From positions 64,001 through 128,000 of the IMG/VR virus record IMGVR_UViG_3300024324_000009: a stretch of 64,000 nucleotides of DNA. One strand, 5' to 3'. The notes beneath the pieces were generated by a model. That model saw nothing but the letters and a program-made list of their open reading frames with translations. It was not told where the DNA came from and did not search any database. The position numbers and the translations under genes were made by a program. The stretch comes from a virus. Positions 10,782 through 20,425 of this stretch are shown here, piece after piece (position 1 is the first letter of the stretch; the number at the start of each line of letters is the position of its first letter).

Positions 10782-11740
10782 GGTTCTAGTAAACTGGACT
10801 TATCGTGTTTGATCCAGAACGTATGCACTCTTTTAGAAGAGTAGTTATTTTTAATAAAATTCACAGAGCCATGAAAAACTTTAGGCTTTTGTCCTTCTTC
10901 TTGAAACAACAATGTATACTTAACATTAGGTATTCTTGTATGGTTTCTATAAAAGTGAACGTATACCCCATATCGTCCCGGTACAAAGTTTTCTAGATAT
11001 ATGTTTTCTACAGCATCATTGGTGTGTGGTTGTACATTCATATCAATATCAAGATGCCCAAATTCTGTTTTCTTATTTTGAAAACAACACATACCCAAAA
11101 ACCATTTACCCTTAACAGGAAGACTTGTGGCTTTAACTAAATGTAAGTCTAGATCGTCTGTTGTGTTCCAGAATAGAGATACCGTAATTTTGCCTCTTTT
11201 TGCACCTAGTCCATTTAGCTTTTGTAACATGCCTCCCACTTCACCATCTCCACCACTTCCACCTTCCATTTGGGTTCCAGCAAGAGGGTTGCCCATATTT
11301 TCTGAATCACTGTTTGATCCCATCCTATCTGTCGCAATACTGCTCAATAAGTCTACAGGATTTACTTCTGTGACGCTCATACTGCCTTTCTGAGGCTCTG
11401 GATTAAAAATAGGGTCTGATATAGGGCTAATATCCGCAGGTTTAAAATCTGGCTCTAGTTTGGTCTTAGCTAGGACTTCTGCGTCTTGCTTTGCTTTCAT
11501 TTCAGCCATCCAATCAAGTATTTCTTGATTTGCATGTGGCTCGTCATCCATCACTATGAGATCATCTTCCCTTTGACCACCCATTTCGATTATGATAGGC
11601 TTCAGTAATTCAGGAGTATCTAGTCCATACAGCAACATGAACAATATCATAAAGGCGTGTATAACCAGACTAAACATCATGCTGGGAGCAGGTTTACGAG
11701 AAACATACACTTGTAGTTCTTTTTTATCTTGAGCATCCAT
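10715..11740 (-). CDS. Membrane-anchored protein with C-terminal YfaP/DUF2135-like domain
   Basis: N-terminal TM (SLVIHAFMILFMLLYGL), Pro/acidic linker, then SLFWNTTDDLDLH..LDIDMN..AVENIY..GRYGVYVHFY. Confidence 0.65.
   Translation of the reverse strand: MDAQDKKELQVYVSRKPAPSMMFSLVIHAFMILFMLLYGLDTPELLKPIIIEMGGQREDDLIVMDDEPHANQEILDWMAEMKAKQDAEVLAKTKLEPDFKPADISPISDPIFNPEPQKGSMSVTEVNPVDLLSSIATDRMGSNSDSENMGNPLAGTQMEGGSGGDGEVGGMLQKLNGLGAKRGKITVSLFWNTTDDLDLHLVKATSLPVKGKWFLGMCCFQNKKTEFGHLDIDMNVQPHTNDAVENIYLENFVPGRYGVYVHFYRNHTRIPNVKYTLLFQEEGQKPKVFHGSVNFIKNNYSSKRVHTFWIKHDKSSLLEPQPEPEPEPEPSEVLSSPFTGI
10752..10787. repeat. Hexamer tandem repeat (GGYTCT) x~6 in the convergent gene overlap
   Basis: ggctct ggctct ggctct ggttct ggttga ggttct. 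Reads GSGSGSGSG on + and EPQPEPEPEPEP on -. Confidence 0.85.
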
Positions 11741-11775
11741 AGTAATATTCCAAAAGTTAAAGTTCCAATACCCAA

Positions 11776-11803
11776 ATTATAGCACACTATTTATGGCTGT
11801 CAA
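11776..11803 (-). promoter_or_regulatory. Sigma70-type promoter TTGACA-N16-TATAAT
   Basis: - strand reads acTTGACAgccataaatagtgtgcTATAAT, ~35 nt upstream of the 11740 start. Confidence 0.75.
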
Positions 11804-12560
11804 GTAGTTCATCTTCGTTTATTTTTATACAGACGTTTACATCTTGACAATTATTAATTGATCTCCATGCTTCTGCTTCTTGTGATTCAAGATTAAAATA
11901 GGGTGATTGATCTATGAACTTTTTATTCCATTCTAAAGATGTGTGACAACAGCCGTACATCTCTGTTTCTGCATCTATCGAAAGATATTGTTGAAAAGCA
12001 TAGCCGTATTTTCTGTAAGAATTAACAAATCTACCCTTGGCCTCTACAGGAACTCCGTAGTTCGGTTTGTCTTTCATTTTCTCAATATGTAAGGTCGCTT
12101 TTTCAGCACTTGTGGTAAACACTAAGTGTCCATTAGACTTTAAGCAATCAGACAACAATTCAAAAGTATATTCCCATCTATGCTGGGGAAGGTGAGTGAA
12201 CACAGAACCGCACCAAATTAAATCAAAATGATCTCTGGGCAGTTCTTCCTCAGTGTTACATACATCCTGACCTAGTACATCACGGCAGAAAGTTACACAT
12301 TCTTCGATTCTGTCATAAACAGTCACGGTGGCATTTGGAAACTCTTCCGCAAAAACTCTGGAACACCTACCGTAAGCACCACCAAAGTCAAGTATATGTT
12401 TTGCATCACGATTTACTCTTTTGCAAATACGCATGGCACTTTCTGCCCATGCCCAATACTTCTCTGCTAGTACTTCATCGGTAAGGTTCACGTTTGTATA
12501 ATACATACTATCTCTAGGGTGTATAATACGATTTATCACTTTTTCTTCTTCCCTTCCCAC
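11787..12560 (-). CDS. Class I SAM-dependent methyltransferase (true start possibly 12506)
   Basis: ILDFGGAYGR motif I; FDLIWCGSVFTHL; LKSNGHLVFTT. Confidence 0.85.
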   Translation of the reverse strand: MGREEEKVINRIIHPRDSMYYTNVNLTDEVLAEKYWAWAESAMRICKRVNRDAKHILDFGGAYGRCSRVFAEEFPNATVTVYDRIEECVTFCRDVLGQDVCNTEEELPRDHFDLIWCGSVFTHLPQHRWEYTFELLSDCLKSNGHLVFTTSAEKATLHIEKMKDKPNYGVPVEAKGRFVNSYRKYGYAFQQYLSIDAETEMYGCCHTSLEWNKKFIDQSPYFNLESQEAEAWRSINNCQDVNVCIKINEDELLDSHK

Positions 12561-12874
12561 TTATACCAGCCATTATTTTCTAGCCAGTTACCAGCCTCGT
12601 CCTTACGCTTAGGAAAGAGAGTGTCACCCTTCTTATGTTGACCATAAGATAGAACAGCACCGCAGTCCATGCATCTCAGTTCATAATATTCATTGCCTTC
12701 TACATTTCTTACAACAAACTTAATATTATGCGAGCCACAAATACCGCACTGTGCTTCGCTAAAAACTTCTTGGACAACAGAAAGATTTTTAAATAATTCT
12801 TTTTGTCCCGCCCCTTCAATATGAAATTCTAATTTTTCACTGGGCCTAAAAATTGCTTTGCTATTCATTTCCAT
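12536..12874 (-). CDS. Zinc-ribbon hypothetical protein
   Basis: CGICGS...LRCMDCG; overlaps the upstream Rad52-like gene. Confidence 0.6.
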   Translation of the reverse strand: MEMNSKAIFRPSEKLEFHIEGAGQKELFKNLSVVQEVFSEAQCGICGSHNIKFVVRNVEGNEYYELRCMDCGAVLSYGQHKKGDTLFPKRKDEAGNWLENNGWYKWEGKKKK

Positions 12875-13572
12875 GATTCCTCGTAGCCTAATAAACCTGC
12901 ACCAATATTGGAAGTGTTGGTTTGTAAGGAAGTGAGTTCCTTAACAAGTTTAACAGCATCCTCATGCTTAATATTATAAACACCTTCGGCTACAATGTCA
13001 AGCTGTCTAATAACATTATGTACATTTATATCACATCTTTTAGCTATTACGTCGATAAAGTTAATCTGATTTGACGTAATCTTAGAAACACTGTCGAAAT
13101 CTGGGTTGTCTTCAGCATCTTCTACCAGTTCTTCAGCAGCAACTACTTTTCGTAGCTTTAATGCTCGACGCAAGGCACGGCCTTCTGCTCTAGTTTCTGC
13201 TACAGCCACAGGGTGATTTCTATAGATTTTGTCGCAATTTCCCCAGTAAACATCAGCAGAACCAGTGAAGGATCGTGTTCGTAGACTGTCTTCCATGTCT
13301 TTATCGTTCATAATATATGACAACGTATGGACCACAGTGGCACGTTTCTCGTTGTCTGGAGTCGGAGACTGAAGAACATCAGATAAAGCCTGAACCATTG
13401 TACAATCTAGTGCGATTTCAAATATCCTACGTAGACCATCTGTAGTAGGATTTCCCTCAACCAGTTCATCCTTGTTTAACAATCCTAGTACATGATCAGT
13501 CCACCCGACATCATTAGGTGTTACATTTGTACTTACTTCTTCAACTTTTTCTTCAACTTTTTTTCTTGGCAT
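12865..13572 (-). CDS. Putative Rad52/Rad22-like ssDNA annealing protein
   Basis: FTGSAD...AVAETRAEGRALRRAL helix motif, plus C-terminal ITSNQINFI. Confidence 0.55.
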   Translation of the reverse strand: MPRKKVEEKVEEVSTNVTPNDVGWTDHVLGLLNKDELVEGNPTTDGLRRIFEIALDCTMVQALSDVLQSPTPDNEKRATVVHTLSYIMNDKDMEDSLRTRSFTGSADVYWGNCDKIYRNHPVAVAETRAEGRALRRALKLRKVVAAEELVEDAEDNPDFDSVSKITSNQINFIDVIAKRCDINVHNVIRQLDIVAEGVYNIKHEDAVKLVKELTSLQTNTSNIGAGLLGYEESWK

Positions 13573-13574
13573 AA

Positions 13575-14366
13575 TTAGTCCTCTATAGTAATAATCTTAG
13601 TTTTAGTTTTCCCAATATCCTTCAACACACCCACTAATGTTTCTAGTACACGTTGTGACCTAGCATTAGAGTACTCATGTAATTGTGCAATACGAATCAA
13701 CTTATATCCTCTTCCTACTATCAAACCAGACTTTTTCTGGTCATACCTCTTGGCCTTAGCTAAAGCATCCTCTCCCCATACTGGCAAGAAATGTGATAGT
13801 CCATCTACTTCTATCGCTACATTTATAGTAGGCAGGAACAGGTCAAGATGCAAGCGGGTATTTCCTAATAATTGCTCTTTGTGTGGCTCTACTTTAAAAC
13901 CCTCCTTAATAAGACCACTTAGAAGATACCTTTCCATTTTCGATCCTGTTTTGCTGGTTACTCTCACTGCATCTCTAGCAAGCCTGAGACGCTGCTCTTT
14001 TTCCTGTTCTGGTAAAGCGGCCCATAGTTTCTTCGCAGTGTCGCTTCTGCGTTTCAATTCTGCATCAGAAAGCCCTTCCCAAGTTTCCATGAGTGATTTG
14101 CCTATTTTATTTTTAGACTCGTCAGAGTGCTGCTTGCCTTCTGTGGGATGAGTAGCCTTACCAGTTTTAAGAGCATTAGATTGTGCAGAACTTTTATCTC
14201 TCAATTTTATCTCAAACTTAATAGCATCCCTTCTTATTTTATTGGCATAAGTACCCAGTTCGCTTGCTGTATCCGCAAGACTTTTATTTTCTTTTTGATA
14301 CAGACGCAGAATCTCTTTCTTCTTTTCTTTGTCTGTAAGTTTACTATACTTGTGTTTCAATGACAT
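13575..14366 (-). CDS. Putative homing-type endonuclease (HTH + NUMOD3-like + DUF559/Vsr-like PD-(D/E)xK domain)
   Basis: GKQHSDESKNKIG (NUMOD3-like); SKME; HLDLFLP..AIEVDGLSH..D.KK...GYKLIRI. Confidence 0.7.
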   Translation of the reverse strand: MSLKHKYSKLTDKEKKKEILRLYQKENKSLADTASELGTYANKIRRDAIKFEIKLRDKSSAQSNALKTGKATHPTEGKQHSDESKNKIGKSLMETWEGLSDAELKRRSDTAKKLWAALPEQEKEQRLRLARDAVRVTSKTGSKMERYLLSGLIKEGFKVEPHKEQLLGNTRLHLDLFLPTINVAIEVDGLSHFLPVWGEDALAKAKRYDQKKSGLIVGRGYKLIRIAQLHEYSNARSQRVLETLVGVLKDIGKTKTKIITIED

Positions 14367-14817
14367 TGTTTATTTCCTTTGCTGTGACTGTTGGCATAAC
14401 CGATATTGGCTTCTTCCAACAAATATCTAAAATTTCTGAAGTTGTTTCATCTTTGGCTATAAACTCCACATCTTTAGTGTCGAATAAGCCCTTCCATTGT
14501 CTATAGTGGTCTTGCTGGTTTTCCTTACCCCAAGGTATCGTATCTATATATATTATTTGTTTACTAGGCGTTTTAAAAGTCTGTGTCAAAAGCCTACTTT
14601 TAACATCAAACATAAACAACGTGCCTTTAAAAAATTTAGCATGACTAATATGTAGCATATAATATTTATTGTTAGTAATAATAGCATTTGGAACATTACT
14701 AAAAACCACTATGTTATCCATAGGTCTCAATGTGCATAGTTCATTAATTGCCTCCAGATAACCTGTAGCCTGATGGTTGTTTTGTTCTATGTCTAGTATA
14801 TAAAATCCTATGTTCAT
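14344..14817 (-). CDS. Hypothetical protein, glycosyltransferase-like (GT-B N-domain) fragment
   Basis: MNIGFYI Rossmann-like start; translationally coupled within the GT operon. Confidence 0.4.
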   Translation of the reverse strand: MNIGFYILDIEQNNHQATGYLEAINELCTLRPMDNIVVFSNVPNAIITNNKYYMLHISHAKFFKGTLFMFDVKSRLLTQTFKTPSKQIIYIDTIPWGKENQQDHYRQWKGLFDTKDVEFIAKDETTSEILDICWKKPISVMPTVTAKEINNVIETQV

Positions 14818-15599
14818 ATGTTCTTCCTTATGTATGGTAAAACTTCGTGTCTTGTAAAATAATCGTATGTTCTGTTTTCCAACTTGGCTACTGGTGCAAG
14901 TATCTTATTATCCTCTAGGGCTTGTTTAATGTTTCCTGATGAGACATCAATACAGTCGATCCCACAAGCCTGTGCTTCTAATGTAAGGTTACATGAGAGG
15001 TCTATAAACTTTTCGTAAGTGTTTAAAACATTACTGAGTTGAACAGGGTCGAGCATTCCTAGATTTTGATCGGAGACCCAATTATGATCATTGAATATAT
15101 TGATTTTCAGTTTAGTCTTAGGATAGAGCAGTTCATTAATCTGAATCCTATCTTCATCTTGTCCGCTACTCATAACAGCAATTCTGTTATTTCTGCTTTG
15201 TTCACGATTGTTGAATGTGCTTGAGTCATATTTATTGTCGTAGCTTAGGAATTGTGCAGGAATGCCTTGTGCCAGATTCGTATTAGCTATTACTTTAACT
15301 TGTGACTGACACAAAAAGGTCCACAGGTCTGTGTTTTTTTCTCCTAAAGTCTTGTCTAGAAGCAGGAATATATTGATATCTTGTTGGTATTCGTTGATCC
15401 AATCATGTACTTCTTGAGAATAATCACAAATAGATAGAAAAACATTTTTCGGCTTGGTTCTCTCGGCAAAATCAAAAAGCCTACCAAAGACATTCACTGT
15501 TTGTATCTCTAGGTCTTTGTCTTCTACGTTATATAAAGACTGAGAGATGCAACGATGAGGAATGCTCTGTGCTGTATAAAATATATGTAATGTTTTCAT
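14814..15599 (-). CDS. Divergent GT-B glycosyltransferase-like protein
   Basis: C-terminal LNTYEKFID...LEAQACGIDCI resembles the GT4 EA.ACG motif. Confidence 0.5.
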   Translation of the reverse strand: MKTLHIFYTAQSIPHRCISQSLYNVEDKDLEIQTVNVFGRLFDFAERTKPKNVFLSICDYSQEVHDWINEYQQDINIFLLLDKTLGEKNTDLWTFLCQSQVKVIANTNLAQGIPAQFLSYDNKYDSSTFNNREQSRNNRIAVMSSGQDEDRIQINELLYPKTKLKINIFNDHNWVSDQNLGMLDPVQLSNVLNTYEKFIDLSCNLTLEAQACGIDCIDVSSGNIKQALEDNKILAPVAKLENRTYDYFTRHEVLPYIRKNI

Positions 15600-16276
15600 G
15601 TTTTATTCTTTTCCTTCTTGATAATTACACTGTCGTTATTTTTATTAAGTTTTAAAAATGTCAAAGATATTATATTTTCTTGTATAGCAAGATTTAATAT
15701 CTCAAACATAAACATATTATCATAATACCTATCATCAATATTATTTTTTAAACTTTCCCAATCTTTTTTGCAAAAGTAGATAGCTTCATTCCATACGTAA
15801 TCGCCTATATCGTAAAACATAGATGATATTTCGTTGCTGTTATCTTTCAAAGTAAAACCAATAGGCTCTTGATGTTTTATCTTTTTATTTCTTTTCTTTG
15901 CTAAAACCCATGACTTGTCAAGGTCTTGTGGTTCAAATTTTTTAGGAAGTACGTCTCCATTTAATATAAACAAACCCGGACTATCATCAAGTTTTATTTT
16001 TTGTAATAACATTTTAATTGCATATCCATGATTTTTCTCTAAAAACTTTGAATTATAAATATCTATTACATCCTGACTGTGAACCTTACGCAAAAGTTTT
16101 TCTGCTCCAAAACCAGTACATATATATACTTTGTCTCCAAGGATTTTGGATAATACTTTAATTTGTTTGTTAATTAATTCTGTAGCATTAGGACTTGTTT
16201 TTATTAGTCCAATAGGACCAAAGGATTTCATACCTTTCTTAATCTCATATGCTAGCACACATGATTTTATATTCAT
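15596..16276 (-). CDS. Divergent sugar/choline-phosphate nucleotidyltransferase-like protein
   Basis: VLAYEIKKGMKSFGPIGLIK, ICTGFGAEK, IYNSKF..N and ILNGD follow the NTP_transferase layout, but the GxGxR loop is degenerate. Confidence 0.6.
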   Translation of the reverse strand: MNIKSCVLAYEIKKGMKSFGPIGLIKTSPNATELINKQIKVLSKILGDKVYICTGFGAEKLLRKVHSQDVIDIYNSKFLEKNHGYAIKMLLQKIKLDDSPGLFILNGDVLPKKFEPQDLDKSWVLAKKRNKKIKHQEPIGFTLKDNSNEISSMFYDIGDYVWNEAIYFCKKDWESLKNNIDDRYYDNMFMFEILNLAIQENIISLTFLKLNKNNDSVIIKKEKNKT

Positions 16277-16680
16277 AGCTTGGTAATAGTGGCTACCGTA
16301 TATATTCCTTCATAGTGCATACTGTCAACTTCGTAACCCGTTTCCTGTACGCTACGTTTAAAGTCGTTTTCTGACCATACAGACTGTATGGATGGTAACA
16401 CAGCAGAGTATTTATCACTTGTTAAGTCTCCACTTCTGATTTGCTTAGGAATTAAATCTAAATTTACAAACCTAATTTGTATTTCGCCTCCTACTTTAGT
16501 CTTTTTGCAGCATTCTGCAAAAACTTTGTTTCTGTCTGATAGAACCATGTTGTCCAGACAATATAGGGACATTTTTTCTACATAGCCATTACTGACTATC
16601 CCTATCTGAGCAACGGGAACATTGTTGACACCTTCGATATTCTGTTCTTCAACCATTACTATATTCATCTCTTTAATCAT
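16273..16680 (-). CDS. Methyltransferase-like fragment / hypothetical protein
   Basis: CLDNM..FAECCKKTKVGGEIQI resembles the C-half of class I MTases; no SAM motif I. Confidence 0.4.
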   Translation of the reverse strand: MIKEMNIVMVEEQNIEGVNNVPVAQIGIVSNGYVEKMSLYCLDNMVLSDRNKVFAECCKKTKVGGEIQIRFVNLDLIPKQIRSGDLTSDKYSAVLPSIQSVWSENDFKRSVQETGYEVDSMHYEGIYTVATITKL

Positions 16681-17585
16681 GCTATATACGCCTCCTGAAT
16701 TTTGGTGTTAAATAATTCTGTTACTGCCTCTTGGAATTTACCCATATTGTAGTTCTCATCTAAGAACTTTCTACCTTCTTCTATATCTGGTCTGTCTTGT
16801 GTTAGTAGTTCTTCTATCTTTGGTAATATATTGGCACCATTATTTTCTATCATAATCTGTGGAGTGGTCATCTTACAGCTTCCTGTTCCGATAACCTTGG
16901 CTCCTAGTGCTACAGCACATAGACATTCATAGTTTCCATTAATAGTAGTATCTAGATAAACTTTGCAGTTCTTAACTTTTTCAGAGAACTCTTCAAAACT
17001 AGTAAACTGTTGTACTACCTCTACCGTAAGTCCTTTTTGCTGGGCTGCACCGGCTATCTGTTTACCAAGCAAGCTAGTGTCATGCACAAGTAGGTCGGTA
17101 GTCTGCTTGATGTCGTCTGTGGTCAACAGATCAAGAGGCACACCATAATTGATTACGGTAGAATTAGGCATATCTCCCCAAGATTCAGCGATATGCTTAT
17201 TCATAAAGAGTTTAGTTCTGTTAGCATTCTTCTGAGAACTAATGATATAGTCCTCTCTCTTCATATTAGGTGGCCTCATCTGATTAAAAACAACAACATT
17301 GTTCACATGTCTGTACAAAGAATCTTGTGGAGTATTGTCGTTCAGATCGTTGGTGACAGATAGGGCGTAAGTATTGTCATTAAAAAAGGGTTCTAACAAA
17401 GTCAAAGCCGTTCTGCTAGAAGGATTTTTAAATACATGGTTTTGCATAGGTTGCATATAATATCTGAAGTTAGTCTCAAAGATAGCACAATCATTAAGTC
17501 CTCCACTTGCTTTAAATATAATGTTGTGTGTTTTTTTGTGGTTTAATGACGATATAATATTTGTTACTGCTCTTGCTAGTTGCAT
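16677..17585 (-). CDS. Divergent GT4-like glycosyltransferase
   Basis: VINYGVP; VKNCKVYL...ECLCAVALGAKVIGT; RKFLDENYNMGKF. Confidence 0.55.
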   Translation of the reverse strand: MQLARAVTNIISSLNHKKTHNIIFKASGGLNDCAIFETNFRYYMQPMQNHVFKNPSSRTALTLLEPFFNDNTYALSVTNDLNDNTPQDSLYRHVNNVVVFNQMRPPNMKREDYIISSQKNANRTKLFMNKHIAESWGDMPNSTVINYGVPLDLLTTDDIKQTTDLLVHDTSLLGKQIAGAAQQKGLTVEVVQQFTSFEEFSEKVKNCKVYLDTTINGNYECLCAVALGAKVIGTGSCKMTTPQIMIENNGANILPKIEELLTQDRPDIEEGRKFLDENYNMGKFQEAVTELFNTKIQEAYIA

Positions 17586-18694
17586 ATTTTCTTTCCTATT
17601 GTTTGATAGCTAAATTGGTCCATAGATTCTCTACCTATTTGTCTTTTCTCTTCAAGTGTCTTTCTTTCTTTTTTACTCATTTCATATACTGTACGCATAT
17701 GATCAATCATAACATAAATATTAGGACGATACCAATAAGAATTAGCATTATAAATATCAAAGCTATTAGCTAATGTTCTTTGAGCAGATATCACTGGAGT
17801 TTTCTGACTAGAAATAACAAAGCCGTTCTTTTTATTTACAAAATCGGTCATACCTGTATGGTCTGTTACTATAGGAGTCTTACCTAAGACAAGTGCTTCT
17901 GCTGCTGGTCTACAAAATGCTTCTCCATGAGAAGCCATAACGAAACAGTCACAAGCATTGTGTAATCCTATTAAATCCTTATCAGACAGTCTTTCTGTGA
18001 TGACAAACTCATCTCTTGTCTGCCCAATGTTCAACATCTGTTTATGTTGGTTGAGTGCCTGTTTTACTATTCGTTGTCCTTCACCACTACTTTTACCGGG
18101 AACAGAAGTTTTTATAATTAAGGACACATTTTCATTGTCTCTAAAAGCTAGATTAAAAGCCGTAACCACATCAATTAGATTTTTTCTCTCAACAAACTCT
18201 CCAACATGGTAAAACTTAAAACTGCGATCAATAGATTTTTGCATATTAAGTTTATGGTCTGCATTTTCTTTAAGAAAATCTAAGTCCAATGCTCCTGAAA
18301 TAACCTTGCACTTGGTTTTGACTCCTGATTCTTTGACACTTTTAGCTTCCTGCTTGCTTGGCACACAGACTAAATCTAGGTTATTCAAGATATTCTGGCA
18401 AACAGAATCTGAAAGATTAGTGATCTCCATATTAAAAATGCCAACATTCTTTTTTACAGAATTGGTGATGGACATGCTCTGAGGAAGTAGTTCTTGATAA
18501 ATTACATCATATTTCGGATATGTGTTTTTCTCGTACTTAGCAATATCTTCGCTAATCTCAACGGACTGCCCAGTATAGAAATAGGGTCTAGTTGTTATAT
18601 TTTCCGTCTGAGTTGCTATAGACCTAATGTAGTCCCTAGCAGACATTCCCCATCCGTCATCTTGTCTGTATGGCCCTATAAATAGTGAGTTCAT
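17576..18694 (-). CDS. GT4 family glycosyltransferase
   Basis: FYHVGEFVERKN; CDCFVMASHGEAFCRPAAEALVLGKTPIVT. Confidence 0.85.
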   Translation of the reverse strand: MNSLFIGPYRQDDGWGMSARDYIRSIATQTENITTRPYFYTGQSVEISEDIAKYEKNTYPKYDVIYQELLPQSMSITNSVKKNVGIFNMEITNLSDSVCQNILNNLDLVCVPSKQEAKSVKESGVKTKCKVISGALDLDFLKENADHKLNMQKSIDRSFKFYHVGEFVERKNLIDVVTAFNLAFRDNENVSLIIKTSVPGKSSGEGQRIVKQALNQHKQMLNIGQTRDEFVITERLSDKDLIGLHNACDCFVMASHGEAFCRPAAEALVLGKTPIVTDHTGMTDFVNKKNGFVISSQKTPVISAQRTLANSFDIYNANSYWYRPNIYVMIDHMRTVYEMSKKERKTLEEKRQIGRESMDQFSYQTIGKKICN

Positions 18695-20370
18695 TAAGAT
18701 TGACCTTTCATGTTTGCATAATTTATGAAATCTTCTGGCGTTAGTTTATCTTCATTTCTCTGTGCATGGACTGCAAAGTTATGATTTTTAATATGCATAT
18801 TAAGTTGTTGTACAATATCTTTTTTAGTAATGCCCTTATTTTGCATTCCCATAATCCTAAAACCATAGTCTAGATCATGAATAGCATCAGTAATCACATT
18901 AGAACTTAAAAATTGTTCATTGTTGCCCATATGCATACCCGCTAATTGTGTAACATAGTCGTATGCAGAAGTATCTGCCGGTAGTTCATCTTCTTGAATC
19001 TCTTGTACAGGCTGTAGCTGGACATCCCATCGTCCTTGCAGTCCTGTAAGTTGCACATTGTCAAGACATTTTTCCCACTTTTTGGCAATGTTATCCCAGT
19101 TGTAATGTTTTTCTGTGTTTTGTCTGGTCTCAAACTTCTTAGAATCTTTTAACATATCTGGCATGTTGATATATTCTGTAAGTATCTCTACCAAATGATC
19201 ATTATCAGGATAGACTCTGATTGCTTTAGTCTCTAATTCTCTAAAGTATTGGTTGATTCTAATTGGGAAACCATTTAGCTTCTTAACAACATCTTGCATG
19301 GCACTGTAGTCTACACTGGCTACAGGAACTCCCGCACTTGCAGCTTCTACTTGTGGCATACCAAACCCTTCGCAGATTGCATACTGAACATAAATATCAA
19401 ATAAGTTGATAATAACATTTAGGTCTTGCTGAGAAATACCATTTGCTACATTTGGCATACTTAATGACTTGTTACCACACTTTGGACAAAAAGCCATAGG
19501 ATGCTTAAATCTTGCAGCATGATAAAATCCGCAAACTTTACAGTTGTATGTAAACATAACACGATTGCCTACTTCGTATTCTTTCAGGTACAAAGGAATA
19601 TCCCATCCTGCATCTGGATAACTCGTATGGATATGCAAATATGTTTTTGCTGCTTGTGGGTGATTATCTGCATGTAATTTCTTGACAAACTTATTGAATG
19701 CAGAAAACAACTCTGGTATTAATTTACGTTTCTGATTACGGCAAATTGTGCCTACAATAAAAGCATCCTCTTCTATACCCATTGCTTTTCGAATGTTCTT
19801 GCGTTGCTCTGCTTCTAGGGGCTTAAATACATCTAAGGAAACACCCGGACTAGTAGTATCAATATAATTAATGTGATTATTAGACTGATCAGCTAGTGTG
19901 TCTCTACCAAAATCACTGTAGGTAGTTATTGCGTCAGCGTGTAAGAAAGTGTCGATCCAGCCTTCTTGTTGTGGTGCAGAGTCCACAGTGGGCATAAGAA
20001 TCCAGTGAAAGTAAGGCCTAAAGGGTGTGTGTTGTTGATAAGAGTTCATCCAGTAATCACGGACATCGATCACGATATCTGGCTTGAAATCAATAAGTAC
20101 ACGTTCAAATCTCCAACGACCAAACTGATTTTCTGGAGACTTCATATATGTTTCGTGTCTAGGGTCTCCTTGAGGAACAGCATTTGCGTAATACCTCCAT
20201 TTGATTGTCGAGTCTTTAGGGTCATTTACTTTACCGTAGCAAGCAAATTCTGCAATTTCATACTTGCCTGTAGCATGTAGCCTTGAGAGAATTTCTTTAG
20301 CATATGTGCCAAAACCGGAACTTAAAAAACTAGCCTCAGATACCATCAACACTTTTAATTTTTTTGTCAT
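18694..20370 (-). CDS. GT4 family glycosyltransferase with zinc-ribbon insertion
   Basis: SGFGTY; RNQKRK; EGFGMPQVEAASAGVP; insert CKVCG..CPKCG. Start set at the ATG at 20370 (AGGA RBS). Confidence 0.85.
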   Translation of the reverse strand: MTKKLKVLMVSEASFLSSGFGTYAKEILSRLHATGKYEIAEFACYGKVNDPKDSTIKWRYYANAVPQGDPRHETYMKSPENQFGRWRFERVLIDFKPDIVIDVRDYWMNSYQQHTPFRPYFHWILMPTVDSAPQQEGWIDTFLHADAITTYSDFGRDTLADQSNNHINYIDTTSPGVSLDVFKPLEAEQRKNIRKAMGIEEDAFIVGTICRNQKRKLIPELFSAFNKFVKKLHADNHPQAAKTYLHIHTSYPDAGWDIPLYLKEYEVGNRVMFTYNCKVCGFYHAARFKHPMAFCPKCGNKSLSMPNVANGISQQDLNVIINLFDIYVQYAICEGFGMPQVEAASAGVPVASVDYSAMQDVVKKLNGFPIRINQYFRELETKAIRVYPDNDHLVEILTEYINMPDMLKDSKKFETRQNTEKHYNWDNIAKKWEKCLDNVQLTGLQGRWDVQLQPVQEIQEDELPADTSAYDYVTQLAGMHMGNNEQFLSSNVITDAIHDLDYGFRIMGMQNKGITKKDIVQQLNMHIKNHNFAVHAQRNEDKLTPEDFINYANMKGQS

Positions 20371-20385
20371 GTTTTGTCCTTGTGT

Positions 20386-20425
20386 AAAAATGAGAGAGAG
20401 GCACGGCATTGTCGGCCTCTCCCTC
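20386..20425 (-). terminator. Putative intrinsic terminator downstream of ssb
   Basis: - strand GAGGGAGAGGC-N12-GCCTCTCTCTC followed by ATTTTT. Confidence 0.5.
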
